From assembly GCA_976226885.1 (NCBI GenBank), contig OZ320315.1, positions 69,626,001 to 69,690,000 of the forward strand: DNA of 64,000 nt. Reading direction: 5' to 3'. Position 1 is the stretch's first letter. Each line of letters starts with the position of its first letter. The notes beneath the pieces were generated by a model. The model did not search any database. It saw only the letters and a list, made by a program, of their open reading frames with translations, and was not told the DNA's origin. This stretch comes from Iphione sp. A-MEVVRFRX5. Taxonomy: Eukaryota. Below, piece by piece: positions 39,561-51,580 of the stretch. Both the position numbers and the translations under genes were made by a program.

Positions 39561-42379
39561 TAGACGTTTAACTTAGATATACGAGCGTGAAAACGTGAGT
39601 CTCCTGTGCATAATGGTTTCATTTGACAAAATGTGACAATTGCTATCCGCGCAATGGGTCCACATACGTGAATTTTTATTTCCATAATATTATATTTAAT
39701 TGAATGAAATGCCTTTGTTGTTACTTTAAAGTTAAATCACTTTATGGTATATGTGTTGCTATCATCAATGCAATTATTTCGGATGCATTTGAATAAAATC
39801 GCTCTACGATATTACACCAGTATGTCTTTGAAAAGAAATTTGCCATCAAAATGGTGACTGAGGAAACGTTGTATGTCAACTGGGAGAACTCATCACTCCT
39901 AAAGACGGGATTCCTCGTCTAAAGTATCTCTTCTGTGTAGAATTCTTGAGACTGAGGCGGCAGTGCCGGTCCTTTTGTGATGAGTATTGGGTTGTAATAA
40001 ATGGTGCTACTTCACCTCTTACATCATTCATCCATTAGCAGACAGTGTGGGGAATGGGCGTATGGTGTGGTGCGGTGTGCGCTCCATCCACCGCTGGATT
40101 GAAGGTTGGGTTCTGGGCCCCGGGGAATCTTCTCCCAGGCACGCGACAGTCAGACTATATATATGTTTACTTCCATATCACACAATGAAGTTGACACTAA
40201 ACTCAAATCATGTTTAGGGGAAGATAAGGGAATTCCTGTGCCCTTCTAAAGATAACACTCCGGCATTTTGGGCCCTTGATGTTGATCCACAGAAGAGCCT
40301 GCGTGTTACAATTGTTGATGAAATATTCATCATTGTCTTTTTATCAGTAATAAATATGGCAAAAGGATGACACATAGTAAAGAATATAGTATCGAATGTT
40401 ACGTAAAATCGGTTAACTCTCGATGTGAAAAACAACTTTTCGGACCATTTGCCCCAGGTGACCCTAAAGTGTACAATCAGTTCACCTCAGTACAGACTTT
40501 TTATAGTGTATGTAGTATACTGGTTCGGTTTCTTATATAGTGACATGACCCAAATAAAGAATAAAAAATACTAAATGTCCCTGCCGCCAAGGTTGTGTAC
40601 TGATCTGTTTCCCTGGTGGAGGTAAACAGGAGAGTCTGGTATTATAGGATAAATAGCACATTAGTGGACAGCAAATGTCAAGCAGCACTCTGCTGTGTAC
40701 GTTATATGCCAGCGCTGTTTTTTTTTATGTGGAATCACCTCACAACGTGGGCTGAGCGGGCTTCTCCAGGCCACGACTGCAGGAGGAACTAGCGCAGGGG
40801 ACCCTTCTTCTTACTTTTCACTTCAGGCTAGCGGTACTCCACTGGCGTTATTTGCCTCCTCTTTATTTTTCTCGATATCCCTATCTTATCCTCGTCAACG
40901 TTCGCTTTGCCCGTTTCCAAGCTGATGAAAATTACTGTCACCTGTTCACTAAATGCCTTTCGTCTTGTTTGTTGTGCCTTTTGATGTCCTTGTTATGTGT
41001 ACAATACGAACACAACATTCAGTGTTAAATTTCTCATGTTTTTTTTTCCTGGTTACACTGAAGTCCGTCATGTGCTTTTGAAATCAGCATTTTGCTGCTT
41101 CAACTAACTGCAATAAATGTGCTCCCAGATGATTAAAATTCATTTGGTTATCATGAATCTAGTACAAACTGCTAGAAAATATATTGGGTATAGTGATCAT
41201 GTAAAAAGGGTAGACGTTTCGACCGTCGGAGTGGAGGGTACCTGCTCCGACCTGCTCTACAAGTAGGGTTGGGTGCGCGAGGCGGTCAACAAACATGTAG
41301 GAGGGGGTTGGGGGGGGGGGGGTGGAACTCACCTACCCAGGCATCTAGGTGCGCCTTGCTGCAGTGGCGGCGGAGAGATGGCGACTGGCCGCTTCAGGTG
41401 GGACTCAACGTCGCCATCGCCATCAGGCACGGTTCAACGCCAAGCGACAGGGTAAAATCCACAACAGATTGTCTCTGCAAGAGAAGACTGTCACGCAGGT
41501 ATAAGGGTGCAAAGCTGGGGCTCTGTATGTGCACGAGGTAGTCGTCGAGTGTGGTGGCTCAGTACCGTCTGGCCGCCGACCTGGAGCTTGCTCTACGCGT
41601 GCGCAGCTGACGCCGCTTCTCCGCCGGGCAGTGGCAGCACTCGGGGAGGTGGCAACATGGCCGACGGCAGAGCAGATGGCGCCTGGAGGAGGAGGAGGAG
41701 GAGGAGGAGGGGGAAGGAAAGTGAAGGAGGAGGGGGTCCAGTAGCAGTTGCAGACACGCTGCTGCTAGATGCAGATGCTTCCCTTACCCTGCCGATTGGC
41801 AAGGGAAAGGCCTGCCCTCCGTACCACTAGGAGCACCTCCCTGCGTGAGGAGGAGAAGCAGGAACATGAGGAGCGGAAGGCGACCTGCTCGCCATAACCG
41901 GACCCCCGTATTTCTCTCGCTGGGGCAAGCGGCCCACCTCTCCTCGGAACCGTAGGAATCGCTGGCACCGATGGCGTTGCTGTTTCGACAGGCTATAACC
42001 GATGGCTAGTTTCTATACTTGGCAAATAGCCAAACACTGTATGTAGAAATACATACGTTAATGAACTCTAAAAAAAACTGTGATCGACTGAACAAATCTC
42101 TACCTCTTGTTTATCTTTTAAAAATCCGACGCGTCCATGCTCTTTGATAAAATCATGAGATGAAAACAGAGTTCATTGAAGATTCCTACAATAAAGGATG
42201 ATAATAAAAGGGTGGGAATAAATACACATTTGTCAATCTCAAGCTTTTCGCTCCTTCTAGAAGTGAAACTGCTCCGGGGCCGTGCAGTTTCCTTGAAGGC
42301 GTCCTGAACGTTAGTTATCGCATAACATCCGAGGCGTGGAGTCGTTTTCGACCGTATTTCCTGGAAATCTTTTTTCTAC

Positions 42380-42856
42380 TCCGCTTGAAGAAGTCTCGGT
42401 AAAAGTCGGCATCTTGTGGTCTGGTACATGTTCAGACTTTTCTGCCTTCAACTTCCGAATACAACAAATGGTGCCCACCTAATATTGTCCGCCTAGATTC
42501 CCTCTGAAGTAAACACTCTGATAAATCCAATATTAGGTCTGTAGCTGTCTAACCAAGCGATTTGTACAAGTAGTGTCCGACCCAACGTCCAAAGTAACGC
42601 TCAGGGTAATGCCTAACCCAAAGTCCGCAACACCTCCCCTAGCACTGGAACATATGTTTTCAGGTACCTCTTTATAACTATGAAAAAATGACACTATTTG
42701 CTGCACATTTACGCAAGCGAAAAGCTGACTTGATTTAATCTGATCTACTTTGTCTGCCAGGAGTGAGTGTGTAGCAGCCTGATGAATTGCGTGTCGGTCA
42801 TGGTCGGCGCCAAAGAGGCATCCAAGTGTAAAAAAAAAGGAAAAAAAATGACACAC
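42380..42856 (-). pseudogene. Protein kinase relic (subdomains VI-IX)
   Basis: SFFHSYKEVPENI (VIa/VIb), VADFGL (DFG at 42625-42617), VGHYLYKS after a frameshift (resembles VGT.LY.SPE) and G..LLY.EV.GRK (IX), in canonical order. HRD and APE are lost. Confidence 0.6.
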
Positions 42857-43690
42857 AAAAAAGGAGTAGAATGAAGGGAGGAGCGAGAACGACTGGGGTG
42901 TTAAAGGAATGTGGGAGGCAGGATCAATTCCATTACTAATTGTAGATATTCCAAGAGCTTTCTAGTCTGACTTGAACAATACCAGTCATTTAGAGAGATA
43001 AACAAATACATGTACACATAGATACCCGGTAGAGGAAACGAAGCCTATTGTCGTGTTAACACACACTGATACTAACAAATCTTTGTCAGATTAGGCGCAG
43101 TTGCGTTTGGGAAACACACGAGTCGTTATGCAGCTGGCGATGAGGTAGAACCTGCTGGTCGTTTGAGTGGCCATCTCTCTCCAGCTGGCTCCTGTTAAGG
43201 CTGCAGGCTCTGGGTGAGCCGCCCGGACGTGCGACTCAAGTCGAACACGGGGTCGCCCACGTGTCATTCCCGAGACAACTCGTTATCGCCCAGAGAGATC
43301 CCTGTCTCGATAGCATTACCTTGCCTTGTCCATCGTCTGAAGCCAAGACTTGCAGCTGGAGTTTCTTGACATTGGGAAGGTTTAACACTAAAATTGTCTC
43401 ATGTTGGGACCAGGCGCCTCGACGTCCCATCGTCACCGAGGCCAGAGTAGACGAACTTTGTCCGGTACATAATAGTGGTGCATGTAGCCTACATGTACAC
43501 CCTTAAGCCGGTCGTAGGCATGCTGATGAATTCAATTAACGGAGGTGTAATAGAAAATTATGACATATATAATGTCCCACTATTAGTATGTAAGAAGGTG
43601 GGTAAAGGTAGTTTTCTTTAATTTGAGATGAGGTCGTGAAAGTGACAAAGCTGTCGTCCTTCTCGAATAGAAGTGACCATGATGACAGGT

Positions 43691-43750
43691 CACCTGACAT
43701 ATCTCAAGTGAATCCTTTATCTTGATGAGAACCATCTGGCTGTCATACCC
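43691..43750 (+). pseudogene. Single leucine-rich-repeat relic
   Basis: HLTYLK*ILYLDENHLAVIP fits LxLxxNxLxxIP, with an internal stop. Confidence 0.3.
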
Positions 43751-45819
43751 CATCGAACAACGCTCATAACATTACCGCTGGTCGCAAGCGGCGAGCACCT
43801 AATATACTTTTGTCGTGCAGTTGATATCTTGATGCTACAGTACTTTTTCCAGTTCTCAAAAACATTGTCTACTAGATGACTTCATTACATACACTATACA
43901 TTATAAAGAATGTTTGGTATGCAGTTACGCGAGGTTTTCGCTTTGCTCTTCTCTCGGGTGCTATATATTCTCTTAAGGCTCCCCAATATAAGTACTGCTT
44001 GAGTAAGGGCCGAGTTCCTCATGTGCGTTGTTGCATTTACATTGTGTTAGGGTTGCATATGAATAGCATTGTATTTCTAATGAACAAATTAAGCCAAACC
44101 GACTGGGGGGTCTCCATACCTACTTTGTGTTAGAGTGTTTGTGTTGCATTCGCATTGCATTTGTGTTGCTCATTTTTGATAGTGTGCAACAGATCCAACA
44201 CAAACACATAAGTAAGGTGTTGGAAATGGTATTAGGACCAAGTTTAACATGTATTAGATCATGGAAAAATGTACCAAATTTACATATCATGTGCCTAAAA
44301 CCCACACAGTTGAACATTTTCAAGACATTGGTGGTAAAAAATGCATATGTGCCACAAATTTTGGACATTTGCCGAAAAAAATATAATTTGCCACAATTTT
44401 AGGATATTTATAGAAAAACAGCACCTTTGCCAGGATTTCAATGCATTCTACATATTCTTTGGAAATCAGAAAGGTGGGAAATGCACTGGCACAACACTAC
44501 TCAAATACGAGCAAAGGCCTAAAAAATAATTTCTGTGTTTCTGGTAACATGCTGAAAAAGTATAGTGTTGGTAGATCGGTGGTGTATTTTTTTCTTCTTC
44601 TTTTTTCTATGTTTATTCTTACTCAAAGAAACAAATGCACATGGTATCATATGTTATACTGCTTAGATCTTATTGAAATTTATACCAAATGAAAGCTAAT
44701 GGCATAAGGAACACAACTGTTCATCACATGAATCTCTATCTTTATTCCATGTTGAACTATTCACAAAAAGGAATAAAATAAAAATCTCCATTTATACCAA
44801 AATTAGGGTCGGTCGGGTTTCCGGAAACACAGATATTTTTTTAAGCCAAAGGGAAATGCTCTGCGGGAGTATGCGTTAAAAGGGATCATCATGGCCGACC
44901 GATGTCTCCCTCAAAGGAGCACAAACCCGACCATAAAGTATAAAGGAATGGCATCATCAGGGTGATTAAGCTATCAGAAAGGTGGATCTGAACGTCTGGA
45001 TATCTAAATAGCTATATGTGTATTTCACGGCTTATGACATACAAAAGTCACCGTTTGAAAAATGTTCTTAGCAAATACAGACTTAGTCCCCATTTCCTTC
45101 TTCATTATTTATGCTGGTATCTTTTCCACGTTAATTGTTCTCTGATTTGGCGCCGAGCTATTCTCTTTTTTGTTTTCATAGACATAACGGTTAGAGATAC
45201 AGACAAAATGCCTCCTTAAGGTGCAGTTCCCATTTGTCTGAATTTTTAATATACAGGAGAGTTCAGAGAATTTGACCAATTTTCCAGACCCTTCAAGACC
45301 ATTACAGAACCTTGATGTCCATGTGTACGGGTCCGGAGAGGGAAGAGGCCTCTCTGAGATGGACGTTTTCGGGTCATGGCGGGGTTGTAGCCAGTTTGCA
45401 GGAAGGCAATGAGAGACTGGGGAGCACCAGGTAGTGGCTGGATAGTGGCCAAAAGGAGGCATGGGAAAGTCTGGGTGTATGTGTGTGTGAATGTGTCTGT
45501 AAAACTGTTATACTTTTTTGGCGCTGATTGAAAGGAATTCCAACCAAATTTGTTAAAACCATGTATTTTTTGTGCCTATTGCAAGTTTTTGTGCGAATCT
45601 CAAGGAATTCTGACCAAATTGGTTTTTAATGCAAATTATATACAAATTAGATAAATCATTTAATATAAATATATGTTAGACAGTGTTCCTTTTCCCTTAA
45701 CGACCAGCTGAAAATTCCCATCTCTCTATTCTACTGATCTGTGTGAGTATCAGGAGTCTGGAAAACATTTAAATTTATGGACATTGCTCCTTTTCCATCC
45801 ACAGACCCCTCTGAACCCC

Positions 45820-46622
45820 AGACATTGGACCCCAGACCTGTATGCAAGGAAACGACCCTGTTGATAGCTATAGGATAATTTTTTCCACTCCACAGAGTCA
45901 AGATTCTGGAGACAAAGCCCGGGCACATGACAACCGGGCTTTAGTCATCATCAAATGTCATGGGTATACATTACGTCCTGTCAATCAAGAGCTTAAATTC
46001 TTAATGACAAGTGCAGAGCTTGAAAGTTTGACAAACCGCTACCTTTTTAGGTTTGACCCCACGCTTTGTAAAGTTCCTAGCTATTCCTGCCTAAACATTA
46101 ATTACATTTAGACACAGTATGAAAGAATTAAAGAAAACATTGTGGATCTCTGCGCTAAAGATTGGCAGAATCAAGGCATGGCTACCCCTGAGGGTGAGGT
46201 GTATGCTAGTCAAGTCATTTCTAGTGTCACAGGTGCGTTACCATGCAGTAACACTGTTTGGACTCGCACAGTCCAACATAGTCAGGCTGCAAACCCACCT
46301 CAACAGTTGTATATGAGTTGCCTTGTAACAAGGATAATATCTGCCAGGCAGTGTAATGTACTCAAAGCTGGGTATTCCGAGAGTAGCAGACCTAGTAAAA
46401 CACAGAGCACTGTGTGCCATTCATCAGCAGATGAGACTTGGGCAAATCAGCTCACGCACCAAAACAAAGACCAGGCAGGGCCAAACACTTATGGGCTGCA
46501 CTGAAAGACCTAGGTCTACTATGGCCTCACGTTCCCTCAGATACTTGGGTGTCAGGATCTGGAACTCTCTTCCATTACAAACTAAACTGCTGCACAAACT
46601 ACCTAAGAACTGCCCGTTATGA
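45820..46622 (+). mobile_element. 5'-truncated L2/CR1-type LINE, RT C-terminus
   Basis: IGRIKAWLP...LVSQVRYHAVTLFGLAQSNIVRLQ..LNSCI, then SKLGIPRV..., TR...PRS...SRSLRYLGVRIWNSLP. Standard L2/CR1 3' signatures. Confidence 0.85.
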
Positions 46623-49600
46623 CTCCATGATGCTTACCTCATGCTGGGAGATGATGGCATTGGCGATCTGAAGGTTGCTGTAGGCTATCTCACGTTTAAG
46701 TAGTTCACTAAAACGACTATACCAACTACTTGTCTTATTTTATATCTGTATGTCAAATATTGGTATTCAAGACATAATATCTACTCAAATCAAGGGTATC
46801 TCATAAACCCAAGAGGCAAAGGTATCTGGTAATAATTTGTTATCTGGCTGTGATGAATGTAAACATTGTCCTATATGATGGGCTGTCTTGTGATATAATT
46901 CCACTGTGATAGTAGGGTGCTACAACTGACCTAAGCAGTGTAAATCTACCTGTTACAGACTCTAATATCTGCATATGATCCAATTGTCTTCAGCAATACT
47001 GTGTTAGGCATCCTGTATAACGGGTCAAGTCCATTATGTGCTACTGTGATAAAGACTCAACTATATGTCGGTCTAAGCGTGTTGATTACAACGAAAACTT
47101 GTACTACCTACTGACCAGGCCCACAGCAAGAATTATTTCACTAAGTCAACCATGTTCCTCGCTAACCTAATGAATAATCATTGAGCCAGAGGAATCAATT
47201 AAGACTACTAACAGGCTCAAGTATATCACGCGGACCACCTCCAACTATGATTCACACTATGACTTACTTCTCAATTCCTAAACAGCTATTTACGGATATC
47301 TGCACCTTAATAGTGCTGTATTTTTACACAACTGCTTCATAATGCACGGCTACATGTACATAGTCATCGTTCTTTTCTCTGTTCCTTGCACAGATAGATT
47401 GTATTATCCAAGGAGAACTCTATGTAACAATGGAGATTGGTTAATAAACAACTTTGAAACTTTAATACAGATGCTATGCCGGAATACCACTCACAGATCA
47501 AAGAACTGGCATTAGTTGCAAATGCTGTTGAAATGGGGCTAAAATGAAGGTAAATACCGTTCGGAACTTAGTTAAAGTGTAATTTCTGTATAAACGTGCC
47601 ATGTCCTGTCACTTTCATTTATAATTGCTTTAAATATCTACTCCTCTGTCTTCTCAAATACACTTTGATAGAATATAATTCCTATGGCATTGTAATCTTT
47701 ATTTATTGTACTTTGCCTATTCTCTTTCACTGCAGTTCGTCACCTACCCTTTCAGCAACCGGAAGTCAGTGAAAGATAGAACGCTATTTCGGTAAATTGC
47801 AAATGTACAAGAATCTATTCAGCACGTAGCTTTTATGTTTTGTGTATCATTACCTTCGGTTCCAGTGTATCAATTTAACGATTTTAATGTAGCGTTGTAT
47901 TTGAACCGTAGATTCACCACTTGAGTATCTACACTTGCAGTTTTACCTTATCTCCCGACCGGGGTCACCTGTATTGAGGCAGGCTGATAAATTAAACTCC
48001 ATTAGTTTAGTGCCCTGTGCTTTCACTGAGTACAGTGCTCATCTATGTGTTCAGAGTCCCGATACTTCATCTTTGTAAAACCCCCGCTCCCAACATTCGA
48101 AAATTGTGCAATATGTGGTTAGCACAGTCGTTTGAAAAGTTCATTAAATTGCCGTTCAGAGAGGACATCTTCTGGTTCTTCGAATTATACCCATATCTGG
48201 ACTGAATATGTTATTATACATGCATACATTCAAGATTTTTCAGAGGAGGACGCTACCTCCCATACCAGCTTTGCTGCTAGTTTCGGTTTGGTCCAACAGA
48301 CATCTTCCAGATACTTCTCTCGGTACCACGAACGGCGGCGCATATGCTGCCATCGTTATCTGGGCTTTCAGACGTAGCGAACCACCTCCCCGTCTTCCCT
48401 TCGCTTTTTACTTGCCCTGCAATCATTCCTTGGGCGAAAGTCCAGACGCGACGATCTATTTGGCCTCAAGGCACGAGCACGGTTGTAGTCGTAGTAACGT
48501 GCGCATGCGTGCTCGCCAGATGGCTGACCAATCAGTCTGCGTCGTGCTTTACCGGAGCGTCTTGGCGTGGACCTGACCGGTGCGATGCTGGGAGTGAGTG
48601 AGGGATTAGAGGATTGAAGTGAATGCTGAGATGGGATGACTAGAGTGCGTGCAAGGCGCAGGCAATGATGCACGTCAAGCCGTGTTTCAGTGTATTGACT
48701 CGAGCAGGCAGGGCTTCTGCTGCTCATGCCGTATGCATGTGGATATGGGAGCGACGTTCGCGCCCTCTGGCCAGACATTGGCTGGCACCCACTACGTCCT
48801 CCTGCATGTATTTACGCGGACACGAACGTGACTCGCCCCCCTGCGTGCTTCTGGTGTTTTTACGTCTGTGCGAAAATAACCTGCCTAATAACCGTACCAA
48901 AACCCTGTCACCGATGTCCTAGATTCGGGATAAAGGTAAGGACATCAAAATAAGCCGGTCCGATGCCCTCCGCTTTCTTTTGAAAGTACATATCCTTTGT
49001 AACTTGCCTCACCTTTTCAATTGATATTATTGAGTTGATGACTTCTGGTAAATGGATTAGCGCTCGTTCTCATTAGGGTGGGAATCTCAATCCGGGGAGG
49101 GTGATAGAGTATTGATGTTGACAAGGCGGTGAACACCCCCCTCGGACCTCTACATCCGCTTGGACTATCAAATTCATTTTGGGACGTCCGTTCCGTCGTT
49201 CGATGTTGATCCTGGGTCAGATGCCTTGACCCCTGCGTGGGCTCCTGCCCTTATAATACCCCTCGGACAGATCTCGGTGCTGTGTGGTTTGTATTTATTA
49301 ATGTTGATATTGAGGCAAGGTGCGTAGAGGCAAATAAGTAGCTTTCCCCGCCCCCCCCCCTACCCCGTCTGCCGTACCGCTGTCTACGATCAGAGCGTGC
49401 ACGACCTCTGGGAAGCGTGGCTGGAACTAGGAGGTCGACTGGCCTGGAACAGCTGCTGTTTGACCTATGACTTCTCGGAACCAAAACTAGCGTGCCTCTC
49501 GGGAGTCCGAGAGTTCAAGATTCCCTCACTTGGGGTCAGCACTGGAGACTGAGGGAGGGCAACTATATAAGCACCAGGTGGACAAAACCAGGATCTACGT

Positions 49601-51420
49601 GCTGGGAAATCGCATTACTACCGCATCCCTTTCCAAATTCAGCCGCGTCGAATTGCAGTAACATGGTTGACCAGGGCATTGATTTATGGATCAGAGTTAA
49701 TTATGTTTAGGCGCTTTGACTTTAAAGCCTTAATATATTACAACAGGAAGCCAAGATCCAACTACATGTATATGTACAGACACACCATTCTCCTGCTTAG
49801 CTCCAAAAGCCTCACCCTCATTACATATCCCTAGCAAGTTAGAGTTATTTACCCTTGCCATGTCAATGTGTTCTACGTGGGTTTTTGTCAACTTGTGGAA
49901 GCGAGTGCGATATAAGCTGGGGGTCCAATACCGCGATTGGACAACATAGGATAAAGCTGCTCTTTGCGTTAACTATGTGTCTATCACTCTGGAATTAGGG
50001 AATTAAAATTTTTTCGCCGCCTTAATTTTCCAAACCAGGTGCCGCCTTCGAACGTCATTGTTGACTGGCCTGATTTGATCACCAAGCATGTGTACCTGTA
50101 TGTGCCATTACTTCCCATATGATTCTGTATACATGTACTTCAAGTAAGCTTCCTTCAAACTGAATTGTTCACGGCTGATATACAGATATTGGGAGTAAAC
50201 ACGGTAGTAATTACTATTAAAGCAACTCGAACACAAGGAAAAAATGCCGTAATATTGTCCCATCGTCTTACCCCAGGTAGACGGTGTTTGTCCTTAAATA
50301 ATGCCCAGTCGTGGTATCGTTATATAGTATGTTGACGAAAGAACCGAGTTTTCAGTTTTAACTAAGTTGGATGGCAGCACACTCGTGTCGACTATGATGA
50401 AGTTGAAGCTAATTGCTCTTGGCTCCTGTCCGATTAGGTGGGCTTGCCCCTGCCCATCCTACAACCACAGCCACAACCACACACTACTACTGTTATCGGT
50501 ACTATTTCTGCGCAGATTGGGTAGGTGGAGTCCCTTGCGATCCCGTTTAAGCCCGTGGTACTTACTGAAACAAAAAAAGATTATGAAGAATAAACCCATA
50601 CGCAGGGAGTTTACCTTTAATTGATTCTTTACGACCAACAATTATGGCAGCTTCTCCCTAAGTGACCTTTCAACGTGTTCCTGCCTGGCGGGCGATAAAA
50701 TATTGAAATGTTAACCCCGAGAAAAGGCAAGCAGATGGTAGGTATATCGAACGTGGTAAAACGCTATATATAGCCGATCTTAGTCGGCCCTCCAATGTTG
50801 GGTGGGTGGTAACTAACGCCTGATGGTGGTAGGCGAGTGGGAGATTATGATGGGTCGATAGCAGGCGGTGTTATCACCTAAGCTGCTCTGAGTAAGTCAA
50901 CGGCCTCCAGGTAGGCGGTGCCATTCCAGATTCCTAACCTAGATCAACACACCTTGCCGGTCAGGCAGGTAGAACGTAAAGCAAATAAGAGGCAGTCGGG
51001 TAGTGTGAAAGGGACGGAAAGCTATAGCGGGAGAAAGAGGAAAGAGAGATAAGAGCCAGTGGGACGGAGATTCCGAAAGAGAGAGGAGAGTGCTAAAATG
51101 AATAGAAAGTCAGTTGAAGTTAAGCACATCCCATCGATGCCTCAGTTACCATTTCCTTGAGAAATATGAACAATGTAATCAACAACGCTTTCAAGAGGGG
51201 TATACGAATGAAACCATCAAAGGCAGGTTTCTCATTGATTCATGTGTGATGTTTAAGAGACTGACATTCGTTATCGACAGGGTCATGTATAGAACCACCA
51301 CATTTTGGTCTGTGCCCCTTTATTTTTAAATGGCACGGAGATGATGAACTAAGTAAAGATGCCCTTCAGATGGCCACATGCCGGCCTCTTTGCTGGTAAA
51401 ATACTAAAGATGAGATTGGC

Positions 51421-51580
51421 ATTCCACGGGCCAATCTTGCCAGTCAGTCTGTGAAACTGAACACTGAACTGCTAGCAGAGCTGCCAGAAGAGATAGAGCG
51501 AGGATACACGAGTAGACTACAGGTAGATAGCATTCGACTCACAGGCCTTCAGATCAGCTATTGACACCTACCTGTTTACC
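51421..51580 (+). mobile_element. L2-type LINE extreme 3' fragment
   Basis: IPRANL...ELPEEI...FRSAIDTYLF resembles IPR.NL...WN.LP..IR...FKS.LKTYLF. Confidence 0.45.

Noticed and set aside
41205-41260. Penelope hammerhead (GTCGAAACGT on the minus strand)
   Set aside because: The CTGA.GA half of the catalytic core is absent.
42270-42420. Small GTPase C-terminus (RKYG...NVQDAFKETAR)
   Set aside because: No P-loop or DTAG motif, it needs a frameshift, and the region is better explained as the tail of the kinase relic.
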